34,264 nt of DNA. Origin: Polyangiales bacterium (GTDB lineage Bacteria > Myxococcota_A > Polyangia > Polyangiales > Polyangiaceae). The stretch covers positions 1-34,264 of the forward strand of contig JBBRNJ010000086.1 in assembly GCA_038230375.1 (NCBI GenBank). The letters are read 5' to 3'. Within the stretch, counting starts at the first letter, position 1. Every line of letters starts with the position of its first letter. Made by a program: the position numbers and the translations under genes. Shown here piece by piece: positions 24,933 through 33,246 of this stretch. Below the pieces are notes generated by a model. The model ran no database searches and was not told where the DNA came from. It worked only from the letters and a program-made list of their open reading frames with translations.

Positions 24933-26777
24933 GTGAGCGACGAGCCCCCGGTCCTCTTCGGCAGGTACACGTTCCAGAAGCAGCTGGGGCACGGCGGCAT
25001 GGGCATCGTCGTACTTGCCACGGACAAGGTGCTCGAGCGCCCCGTCGCCATCAAGGTGATCAGGCCGGAGCAGAAGGACCTGGAGGAGGCGCGCGCGCGG
25101 TTCTTCCGCGAGGCCCGCCTGGCCGCACAGCTGGTTCACCCCAACTCCGTGCAGATCTTCGACCTGGGCGAGCGTGACGACGGGACCATGTTCCTGGTGA
25201 TGGAATACGTGGAGGGCAAGGCGCTCGCCGCGTATTGCGGGACGCCGGAGCCGCCTGTGTCGCGCAAGCTGCGGTGGCTCATCGACATCGCGCGTGGGCT
25301 CGCGGCGGGCCACAAGAAGGGCCTCGTTCACCGCGACATGAAGCCGCAGAACGTGATGATCTCGAACGACGGCATCGCGAAGGTCGTCGACTACGGGCTC
25401 GCGAAGCGTCAGCAGACGAACGAGGTGCTCAGAAAGAGCTATCGCACGGAGCTCGGCTTCGTGGTCGGCACGCCCGCGTACATGGCACCCGAGCAGCTGA
25501 ACGGCGAGGACGTGGACGCGCGCGCGGACCAGTTCGCGTGGGGGCTCACGGCATATGCCGTGCTGGCCGGAAAGAACCCGCGCGCGCTGGACCCGATGCT
25601 GGAGAGGCCCATCCCTCCCCTCACGAACGTCGACGGCGTCAACGAGGAAGCAGCGCATGTCTTTGCGCGCGCGGTCGAGAAGGTGCGCGACGCGCGCTAC
25701 CCCACGATGGACGACGTTGCGCTACGGCTGGAAGAGGCGCTGATGCGCCGCTCGCACAAGGTGACGGTGGTCCCGTCGGTGGTGCCGGTGAAGCCCAAGT
25801 TCGTTGCTCCGGCGACAGGTGTACGGCCGATCATCGTGCCGCCGCCAAGGACTGCTTCGGTGACAACGCCAGAGATGCGCTCGGCGCCTCCGCGTCCGCC
25901 TCCGCAGGCGCCAAAGGCGTTCACGTTCGAGCGCAGAGAGGGCGCGTGCTTCGTCGCCCCCATCGAGTTCGCCTCCTTTTCACCCGACGGCGAGCGCGTG
26001 GTGGCATTCGGGCGGTCGAAATGTGCAGTATACACGGACTTCTTCTCGTGGCGCGAGACACCCCTGCCCCCGCTCGTGCAGGCGTCCGACGTTCGGTGCG
26101 TGGCGCTTCTGTACGATGGAAGGATGGTCGTAGGCGGTCGCGCTGGTCTGGCGGTGAAGATCAAACCGAACATGGAGGTCACACGCTGGTCGGACAGGTC
26201 GGGTGGCCCGCTTCGCGAGTTCACGGCGCTCGACGTCACGGCGGAGGGATGGGTCTCGTTTCTTGCTCCGTCGGAAGGTGGCAGCGTGGTCGCGACGGTG
26301 GGAGGCAACGGCCTGGCATGCGTGGAGCTGGGCGCGCGCCTCCGCGCTGTTGCGACGGCGGCCACCGGCGAGCTCGTGGCATGCGGGGAGCGCGGCAAGC
26401 TCGTCTACTTGACGCAGGCGCGGGAGCTCGTGATGGACCGCCTGGGCGAGAGCACGCTGTCCGCCATCGCGCGAGGGCGCGACCGGCTCTATGTCGTGGG
26501 ATACGACGGCGCGAGCGGCTGGGTAGATCCGGCGCGCGGACGCGTCACGCGCGATCCGGTGAGCTCCGTGTCGTTCGAGCACGTCGCCGTGCACGAGGAC
26601 GACGTATGGGCCGCGGACGACGGCGGCGGCATCCACCTTCGGATGAGCACGGGCGAGTGGGTGCTGAAATCACCAGCTGCTGTCGACACGCCGAAGGTCC
26701 GTGCGTTGTGGGCGGGTGCCGATCGCGTGCGCGCTCTGATGCACGACGGGTCGATGCTGGTGGGCCGACGCGCCTGA
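24933..26777 (+). CDS. Cytoplasmic Ser/Thr protein kinase with Pro-rich linker and C-terminal beta-propeller-like domain
   Basis: GHGGMG, VAIK, HRDMKPQN, DYG (DFG variant), GTPAYMAPEQ; repeated beta-rich units; no TM segment seen. Confidence 0.9.
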   Translation: MSDEPPVLFGRYTFQKQLGHGGMGIVVLATDKVLERPVAIKVIRPEQKDLEEARARFFREARLAAQLVHPNSVQIFDLGERDDGTMFLVMEYVEGKALAAYCGTPEPPVSRKLRWLIDIARGLAAGHKKGLVHRDMKPQNVMISNDGIAKVVDYGLAKRQQTNEVLRKSYRTELGFVVGTPAYMAPEQLNGEDVDARADQFAWGLTAYAVLAGKNPRALDPMLERPIPPLTNVDGVNEEAAHVFARAVEKVRDARYPTMDDVALRLEEALMRRSHKVTVVPSVVPVKPKFVAPATGVRPIIVPPPRTASVTTPEMRSAPPRPPPQAPKAFTFERREGACFVAPIEFASFSPDGERVVAFGRSKCAVYTDFFSWRETPLPPLVQASDVRCVALLYDGRMVVGGRAGLAVKIKPNMEVTRWSDRSGGPLREFTALDVTAEGWVSFLAPSEGGSVVATVGGNGLACVELGARLRAVATAATGELVACGERGKLVYLTQARELVMDRLGESTLSAIARGRDRLYVVGYDGASGWVDPARGRVTRDPVSSVSFEHVAVHEDDVWAADDGGGIHLRMSTGEWVLKSPAAVDTPKVRALWAGADRVRALMHDGSMLVGRRA

Positions 26778-26780
26778 GGG

Positions 26781-27071
26781 CTACTTGCCGCCGGGCGAGC
26801 AATGCAGGTGCGCATTGTCGCACGAGTTCTGCGAGGGATAGAGGCGCTGGCAGTCCGCGCCGGTGCAGTTGCACGCGTGCGTGTAGATGCAGCTGGTCCC
26901 GGTCCACATGTAACCAGTGGCGCCGCCATTGCAGTTCCCGCTGATGCCGTTGACGTCCATGGCCTTGCACGACGCATTGCAACCGGCGAGGACAGCCATG
27001 GCCATGGCCGAGGCAAATAGAAACGCGACGAGGATGGCGATGCTCGAGCGAGCGCTTGCGGGGCTGATCAC
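26781..27071 (-). CDS. Small disulfide-rich lipoprotein, Kunitz/BPTI-like pattern
   Basis: Lipobox LAGC; 8 further Cys; G.C...Y.W.G..C...C.C.G..C..LY.S...C. Confidence 0.75.
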   Translation of the reverse strand: MISPASARSSIAILVAFLFASAMAMAVLAGCNASCKAMDVNGISGNCNGGATGYMWTGTSCIYTHACNCTGADCQRLYPSQNSCDNAHLHCSPGGK

Positions 27072-27216
27072 GCAGGAATCTTTACCAACAAATCCGGCGC
27101 TCCGCTTGACGATCCTCCCTCATGGGTTATCGATAGAGCATGGTGCAAGGCAATTTCGCCTGCACCGGCACAACCCCGTCGGGAGCGTAACGCCCCGGCG
27201 AGAGGAGATAAGCAAG

Positions 27217-27756
27217 ATGCATCCTGCATTTTTGTATGAGTGGAAGAAAGCGTGGAAGCACGCCCGTGGCTCTGAGCACGGAGGCTGCGGACACGAATCT
27301 CATGCACACGGTGAGGCGGGGGGCCACTGCGGTCCCGGCCGCGGCGGCCATGAAGAGCATGGGCACGGGCCGCGCGCGTGGGCCAGCCGGTTTGGCCACG
27401 GCAACGATGACGGCGGCGGCTTTGGCGTGAGACGGCCACTGCGCTTCCTGGCGCACAAGCTGGACCTGACGGACGAACAGGTCGGCTCGCTCGCGCGAAT
27501 CCTGAACGAGCTCAAGACGGAGCGCGCGCAGGCGGAGGTCGACAACCAGCGCACGGTGACCGCGTTCGCGGACGCCATCGAGAGCGACCCCTTCGACGCC
27601 GCGCGCGCCGACGAGGGCAGCAAGCTCCGGCTCGCGAGCGCCGAGCGCTTGAAGGCCGCAGTGCAGACAGCTCTTGCGGGCATCCACGGCGTGCTCACGA
27701 AGGAGCAGCGCGAGAAGTTCGCGTACCTCGTGAGGACGGGCGTCGTGTCGATGTAG
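27217..27756 (+). CDS. Spy/CpxP-like (LTxxQ) protein with His/Gly-rich N-terminus and no signal peptide
   Basis: LDLTDEQ and VLTKEQR motifs; SD AGGAG upstream of ATG 27217. Confidence 0.8.
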   Translation: MHPAFLYEWKKAWKHARGSEHGGCGHESHAHGEAGGHCGPGRGGHEEHGHGPRAWASRFGHGNDDGGGFGVRRPLRFLAHKLDLTDEQVGSLARILNELKTERAQAEVDNQRTVTAFADAIESDPFDAARADEGSKLRLASAERLKAAVQTALAGIHGVLTKEQREKFAYLVRTGVVSM

Positions 27757-27808
27757 CGGAGCTACTTCGATCGGGCACCAGCACGTGTACCGGTTGAAGG
27801 AGTGATAG

Positions 27809-27840
27809 TGTGGAGGCCGTCTTTCGGGGCGGTCTCCACA
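27809..27840 (+). terminator. 14-bp stem with UUCG tetraloop overlapping the start region of the DsbA-like gene
   Basis: TGTGGAGGCCGTCT-TTCG-GGGCGGTCTCCACA followed by TGATTTT. Confidence 0.45.
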
Positions 27841-29783
27841 TGATTTTCCATTCCTCGATTCGTCCATTCGCTCTGCTCGCTTCGCTGCTCGCTGCTGGCC
27901 TGGCGGCTTCTGGGTGCGGGGCGGCGTTGCCCGCCAGTGTTCGCGCGGAGATGGCGCAGACGCCTCGGGGGCAGGTCACCGTGGTCGAGTTCACGGACTT
28001 CGAGTGTCCGTATTGCCGTCGCATGCATGCGGCGGCTGCGCCTTCGCTCAAGGAGCACGCGGGGAGCGTACGCATCGTTCGCAAGCACCTCCCGCTGTCC
28101 TTTCATCCGCACGCGGAGCCCGCGGCACGCGTGTACCTGTGCGCGGAGGAGCAGGGCGCGCGCACGGACGAGCTGGCGGAGATCTTCTACACGGCACCGC
28201 CCGCGGAGCTATCGCTGGAGCCGGGGATTGCAACCGCCGTTCGCCTGGGTGCAAACGAGGGCAAGCTCCGCGAATGCGTGCATGATGCACATATTACGAC
28301 GCGACTGCGCGAGGACGGGCGTGCGTTCGGCGACGCCAACGGCGAGGGCGTACCCCTCACCTACGTGGGCAGGACCCGCCTCGACGGCGCGGTGGACGCG
28401 GAGACGTTCAAGGGCGTGCTGGACGCGGAGCTGGAGAGCGTCGGTGCGCAGAAGGGCGCGCCGCAGCCGCAGACCGCGCATGTCGTCGGGCCAGCGACCG
28501 CGGCCACCGCTGCGGGTGGAAGCGCTGTGCCGTTCATCGACGACGACTATCCGCGGGCGCTCGCAGAGGCGAAGGCGCGCAAGGTCCCGCTGTTCGTGGA
28601 TGCCTGGGCGCCGTGGTGCCACTCGTGCCTGAGCATGCGTGAGTACACGTTCACGCAACCCTTGCTCGCGCCGCTCGCAAAGGACTTCGTGTTCCTGTCG
28701 CTCGACACGGAGAAGGAGGAGAACGCGACGTTCGTCCGCAAGTTCCCGAACGAGGTCTGGCCCACGCTCTATGTCATCGATCCGAACGCAGAGCGCGCGG
28801 ACGTGAAATGGGGCGGGACGGCCACCGCGCTGGAGCTGTCGGAGCTCCTGTCGTCTGCACGCCCGCGTGCTGGCGAGGGGCCGGAGGCACGCGCGCGCGA
28901 GGCCTTTGCCGCAGGCAACAAGGCTACGGCCGCCAGAGAGCTGGACCGCGCAGAGGCGTCCTACCGCGCGGCCCTCGGCATCTGGGGCACGGCAGCAGAT
29001 GCGCCGATGACGCGCGATCGTGCGCGCGTCGTGGAGGCGCTCACGTCGAACCTGTCGGACCGCGAGAAGTGGGCGGACTGTCTGACGCTCACGCAAGCGG
29101 AGCTCCCGCACATGCCGCGCGGCTCCTCACGCGCCACGGTGCTGTCTGTGGCGGTGGAGTGCGCGGACGAGTTGCACGACGCAGACAAGGGCAACGCGCT
29201 GCTCGCGCTCGTGCGCGCGGAGCTCGGTGGAGCGGACGACGGAAGCATGCTTGCTGACGATCGCTCGAGCCTCTACGACACGCTGGTGGGCGCGGAGGAG
29301 AAGCGCCCCGAGACGAAGGACCAGGCGAAGAGGGACGCGGAGGCCTGGGTCGCGATGCTGGAGCGCGAGGCAAAGGCCGCGAAGACAAAGGAGGCCCGCG
29401 CGGTATTCGATCCGCATCGCTTGCTCGCATACACGGCCGCAGGGAGGGAGCGCGACGCGATCCCCATGCTCGCGGAGAGCGAGAAGGACTTCCCCGCGGA
29501 CTACAACCCGAAGGCGCGCCTTGCAAAGGTCTACTTCGACTCGAAGGACTTCGCGCGTGCGCGGAGCTACGTGGATGCTGCGTTCGCGCAGGTGTACGGA
29601 CCGCGCACGCTGCGCGTGGCCGCGCTGGGCGCGAGCATCGCCGCGGCGCAGGGCAAGCCTGATGACGCGAAGGGGTTTCTCAAGTCAGCGCTGGATCGAA
29701 CACGAAATCTTCCGCTAACCGCCAAGCAGCGGAAGCTCTTCGAGTCGACGGAGCGCGACCTCACGAGCGGTCTCGTGAAGTAG
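27810..29783 (+). CDS. Lipoprotein: DsbA-like thioredoxin domain + second thioredoxin domain + TPR-like region
   Basis: Lipobox ASGC; EFTDFECPYC, KHLPL.FH, GVP cis-Pro loop; WAPWCHSC...VWPT; helical repeats; start GTG 27810 (SD AAGGAG) or ATG 27840. Confidence 0.85.
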   Translation: MEAVFRGGLHMIFHSSIRPFALLASLLAAGLAASGCGAALPASVRAEMAQTPRGQVTVVEFTDFECPYCRRMHAAAAPSLKEHAGSVRIVRKHLPLSFHPHAEPAARVYLCAEEQGARTDELAEIFYTAPPAELSLEPGIATAVRLGANEGKLRECVHDAHITTRLREDGRAFGDANGEGVPLTYVGRTRLDGAVDAETFKGVLDAELESVGAQKGAPQPQTAHVVGPATAATAAGGSAVPFIDDDYPRALAEAKARKVPLFVDAWAPWCHSCLSMREYTFTQPLLAPLAKDFVFLSLDTEKEENATFVRKFPNEVWPTLYVIDPNAERADVKWGGTATALELSELLSSARPRAGEGPEARAREAFAAGNKATAARELDRAEASYRAALGIWGTAADAPMTRDRARVVEALTSNLSDREKWADCLTLTQAELPHMPRGSSRATVLSVAVECADELHDADKGNALLALVRAELGGADDGSMLADDRSSLYDTLVGAEEKRPETKDQAKRDAEAWVAMLEREAKAAKTKEARAVFDPHRLLAYTAAGRERDAIPMLAESEKDFPADYNPKARLAKVYFDSKDFARARSYVDAAFAQVYGPRTLRVAALGASIAAAQGKPDDAKGFLKSALDRTRNLPLTAKQRKLFESTERDLTSGLVK

Positions 29784-29803
29784 GAGCGCGCGTCGCTCGG
29801 TGC

Positions 29804-30070
29804 TCAGTGACCGAGCGGGTAGAGCTGCTTCGCCTTGCGCTGCGTGACGAGCGAGGGCTGGAGACCATTCTGGTGGGTGTCCTTGCGAGCCTGCGTCTCC
29901 TGCGGGGAAGAGACGAAGATCTCCTTCTCCTCGGGCGCGGTGTACTCGGAGGCGTCGTAGACGCGCGGCGCTTCGGTCTGCGCGGAGGCAGCGGCTGGCT
30001 TCTGCGCGGAGGCGCAGCCAGCAAGCGAGGCGAGAGAGATGCAGACGACGATGGCGATGTTTGAGTTCAT
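29804..30070 (-). CDS. Small hypothetical lipoprotein (88 aa)
   Basis: Lipobox LAGC; SD GGAG; sigma54 promoter upstream. Confidence 0.8.
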   Translation of the reverse strand: MNSNIAIVVCISLASLAGCASAQKPAAASAQTEAPRVYDASEYTAPEEKEIFVSSPQETQARKDTHQNGLQPSLVTQRKAKQLYPLGH

Positions 30071-30099
30071 GGCGGTCTCCAGTTGGTGCCACTCTTTAG

Positions 30100-30115
30100 T
30101 GCAGAGTCGGTGCCA
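30100..30115 (-). promoter_or_regulatory. sigma54 promoter of the 88-aa lipoprotein
   Basis: Minus-strand TGGCACCGACTCTGCA; an AT-rich tract (30121-30143) and direct repeat TGTCGC (30156, 30166) lie upstream. Confidence 0.6.
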
Positions 30116-30316
30116 CGTCCAATATTTTTGGAATTATGCAAAACCAGCGGAAATATGTCGCACCTTGTCGCCTGTTTTGGACGATTTTGGATGAATGACG
30201 ATCCAGCCCGAATGAGAAAAGATCCATCTAGGCTGGAGTTTTACACGCTGGATGGAACTGCGGAGGGGACTCGAAAGGCCGAGGATTTGTGCCAGTATCA
30301 CCCGGTCGCCCTCCCC

Positions 30317-31207
30317 ATGAGCCGCACCCGACTCCTTCTACTGCTCTCTCTTGCCGTCGGGACTGGTGCGCTCATCCAGGCGTGTGGGTCGGACCACGCC
30401 ACCGAGTGTGTCGGGCAGACCGGTGGCCAGGCTCTCAGTGTCTGCACGAAGGGGGCGTCGCTTCGTGGTGTCGACGTGTCCGTGTATCAGAACACCGTCG
30501 ACTGGAAGGCCGTGAAGGGCGCCGGCAACACGTTCGCGTTCATCCGCGTTTCGGATGGCGCGACGACTTCGGATACGCAGTTCGCGAGCAACTGGCCGAA
30601 CAGCAAGAAGGAGGGCGTCATTCGCGGCGCCTACCAGTTCTTCCGTCCGGGTCAGGATCCCTCGGCGCAGGTCACGCTCTTCCTCGCGAAGATGCACGCG
30701 GCAGGCGGGCTCGCGAAGGGCGACCTTCCCCCCGTCCTCGACATCGAGACCAGCGACAAGCAATCGAACGCGACGGTGGTCTCGCGCGCGCTCTCATGGC
30801 TCACGCAGATGGAAGCGAAGACCGGAATCAAGCCGATCGTGTACACGGCCGCGTTCATGTCGAGCGTCATCGGCACCAACTTCTCGAAGTATCCGCTCTG
30901 GGTCGCGAACTACGGCGTGAAGTGCCCCACGATGCCGAGCGGATGGACCGACTGGCAGTTCTGGCAGGACTCATCCACGGGCAAGGTCGCGGGGATCACC
31001 GGCGCCGTCGATACGGATTACTTCAACGGAGACCTCGCGATGCTCACGAAGATGACGCTCACCATGGGCATCGACGTGGACGCGTCTACCGACTTCGACG
31101 CGAGCGCTCCCGAGCCCGACGGTGGCGGCGCCGCCATGGCGGGCGCAGGCGATCCGCCGCCCGTGCCGCTCATCGATGCAGGCTCCACCGATCCCTGCGC
31201 GCGCTAG
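30317..31207 (+). CDS. GH25 family lysozyme/muramidase, lipoprotein
   Basis: GVDVS.YQ..VDW, FAFIR...G, RGAYQF, LPPVLDIE (DxE), PIVYT, LWVANY, FWQ, VD.D; lipobox IQAC. Confidence 0.93.
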   Translation: MSRTRLLLLLSLAVGTGALIQACGSDHATECVGQTGGQALSVCTKGASLRGVDVSVYQNTVDWKAVKGAGNTFAFIRVSDGATTSDTQFASNWPNSKKEGVIRGAYQFFRPGQDPSAQVTLFLAKMHAAGGLAKGDLPPVLDIETSDKQSNATVVSRALSWLTQMEAKTGIKPIVYTAAFMSSVIGTNFSKYPLWVANYGVKCPTMPSGWTDWQFWQDSSTGKVAGITGAVDTDYFNGDLAMLTKMTLTMGIDVDASTDFDASAPEPDGGGAAMAGAGDPPPVPLIDAGSTDPCAR

Positions 31208-31248
31208 CACCACCAGAACTTCCGCCCGTCCTGTGAGCTCGCTTCTCC

Positions 31249-31264
31249 GGGCACGACGGTTGCT
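31249..31264 (+). promoter_or_regulatory. Distal sigma54 promoter candidate
   Basis: GGGCACGACGGTTGCT (GGCACG-N4-TTGCT). Confidence 0.5.
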
Positions 31265-31513
31265 GGATGACATGTCGTGAGCATGCTCTGCTCGACGCAC
31301 GGCAGACCCGTGGAATTCGCTTCTGGCGAAATCCAGCGGGAGTCAGCCCTCGCAGTCGCGTTGTAGAGACGCCACCGATAGGGCCGATGCACCTGGAGGA
31401 TCCATCGCGAACTCCGCCGATCCGATCCGGGGCAAAGGTGCGACGTTCGCGGATCGCCGCAGAAAAATGCAGGTCTAGCGTCCAGGTTGGGACGCTGGGA
31501 CTGCCATTCTTCA

Positions 31514-31529
31514 TGGACCACCCGTTGCA
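31514..31529 (+). promoter_or_regulatory. Proximal sigma54 promoter candidate for the vWA gene
   Basis: TGGACCACCCGTTGCA (GG-N10-GC), followed by SD GGAGG and ATG 31557. Confidence 0.5.
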
Positions 31530-31556
31530 GTTCCCTGTCCCCGGAGGACACGGGAC

Positions 31557-32729
31557 ATGAAGACACACCTCGTCGCGGCACTCGCAATCGCAGCAGTTGG
31601 CAGCACCCTCATCGCATGTGGTGGGTCTGACTCTGGCAGCGACGGGTCGTTCGGCCCCGGGTATGGCAACTCCAACTCCCCCGGCAACGGCGGTGGCGGC
31701 AACGGTAACAACCCCGGCAGCCTTGGCGGCAACGGCGGCTCTGGTGACGGCACCGGCGGCGGCGGCGGCATGGCGATGTGCGCGCAGGCCACGCTGAGCG
31801 CGCAGGCCCAGCCGCTCCACCTGGTCTTCGTCGTCGATCGCTCGGGCAGCATGTGCGAGTACGACAACTTTGGCGACGCTGACTGCAGCAACAAGAACTC
31901 GAAATGGGTGCAGGCCACTGGCGCGCTCAAGAACTTCGTCGGCAGCCCCGACTCGCGCGGCATCAAGGCCAGCATGATCATGTTCCCGGACAAGGATCCG
32001 ACGAACAACAACGACCTGCGCTGCACCGTGAGCAACTACACGAGCCCGATCGCCCCCGAGGTCACGCTTCCCGACACGACCACCCTCGGCCCCGCGATGG
32101 ACAAGCACATCGCCGCCAATGGCAACACGCCCACCGCGAGCGCGCTCAGCGGCGCCGTGCAGTACGCGAAGTCGGTCGCGACGGCCAACCCGAACGACAA
32201 GGTCGTCCTCGTGATTGCGACGGACGGCATCCCGATGGGCTGCAACGATCAGGGCAGCATCAGCGGCGCGTCAAAGGTCGTGAGCCCCGTCGCGGCGGAG
32301 ATGCCCACGTACGTCATCGGCGTTGGCGACAACACCGGCGACCTCAACACGCTTGCGTCGGCCGGCGGCACCTCGAAGGCGTTCAGCGCAAGCAACGCCA
32401 CCCCCTCGGCGACCGGCAAGCTGCTCTCCGATGCGCTCACGGCCATCCGCACCGCTTCGGTGTCCTGCACCTTCCCGATCCCCGCGGCGCCCTCCGGCCA
32501 GACGATCGACTACACCAAGGTCAACGTCCAGGTCACGACCAAGGGCACGCCCGGCACCATCAAGCAGAGCCAGGACTGCTCGGACCCGGCCGGCTGGAAG
32601 TACGACGATGTCAACAAGCCCACCAAGATCGAGCTCTGCACTTCGTCCTGCGGCACCGTCAAGGCGGACGCGTACTCGAGCGTTGGCGTCGTCCTCGGCT
32701 GCGCCACGGAGAAGGCCGGCGTCAACTGA
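31557..32729 (+). CDS. von Willebrand factor A domain lipoprotein, Cys-rich
   Basis: Lipobox LIAC; Gly/Asn linker; MIDAS DRSGS, TP, TDG; C-terminal Cys-rich module. Confidence 0.9.
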   Translation: MKTHLVAALAIAAVGSTLIACGGSDSGSDGSFGPGYGNSNSPGNGGGGNGNNPGSLGGNGGSGDGTGGGGGMAMCAQATLSAQAQPLHLVFVVDRSGSMCEYDNFGDADCSNKNSKWVQATGALKNFVGSPDSRGIKASMIMFPDKDPTNNNDLRCTVSNYTSPIAPEVTLPDTTTLGPAMDKHIAANGNTPTASALSGAVQYAKSVATANPNDKVVLVIATDGIPMGCNDQGSISGASKVVSPVAAEMPTYVIGVGDNTGDLNTLASAGGTSKAFSASNATPSATGKLLSDALTAIRTASVSCTFPIPAAPSGQTIDYTKVNVQVTTKGTPGTIKQSQDCSDPAGWKYDDVNKPTKIELCTSSCGTVKADAYSSVGVVLGCATEKAGVN

Positions 32730-32792
32730 GCGTCCGGTAGGCGTCGGGCGCCTGCATTCATGCGATGGAAGGCTGGCGCTTGCGCCGGCCTT

Positions 32793-32999
32793 CTACGCTT
32801 TGTCGAACCGCTTCGCGCGGGCGATCAGCACGGTACCGATCACGATGAACGGCACCGACGGCAGGCTCGCGTAGAGCGCGAACGGGAACAGGGAGCTTCC
32901 AGGTGCGCGCGAGAACAGCGCCATGCTCACGTCGATGAGGAGAACGAAGAGGATCATCGTGAGGCCCACCACGCGGGCCGTGAGCGCGTCCGAAATCAC
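32793..32999 (-). CDS. Small membrane protein with two TM helices (68 aa)
   Basis: Two hydrophobic segments, basic C-terminus, G/C-rich third positions. Confidence 0.6.
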   Translation of the reverse strand: MISDALTARVVGLTMILFVLLIDVSMALFSRAPGSSLFPFALYASLPSVPFIVIGTVLIARAKRFDKA

Positions 33000-33246
33000 G
33001 GGGCCCTAGATAACACCGAGATCGGTTGAAGCGAGCCTGATTCCGCGAGGCGCACGCGTCGTGCACTTCTGGAACTGCGTGAAGTTCCACGTCGCTTCCA
33101 CTGGTCGCGGCCTGGCCGGCGGCCCCGCCGCGCTTGTCACGCTGCCGCTGCTCGACCGAAACAACGGGCCGAACGGGATCGGTGAAGCCGAACGGCGCCA
33201 TTTAGACCTTTTGCGAGACGTCATCACGACTATGATGCCGGCCGCA

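Noticed and set aside
138..31207. Genome-wide TAG reassignment suggested by the internal amber codon
   Set aside because: rplC, tetR, the epimerase, GH25 and others end at TAG at their expected C-termini, so TAG is a normal stop
30317..31207. GH25 lysozyme as a prophage endolysin
   Set aside because: It has a lipoprotein signal and there are no holin, structural or integrase genes in the window
32793..33227. Second apparent TAG readthrough joining ORF 33006..33227 to the 68-aa membrane protein
   Set aside because: The upstream ORF has no recognisable protein features, and the TAG lies in a TGTTATCTA promoter-like box 7 nt before the GTG; better explained as a divergent promoter region
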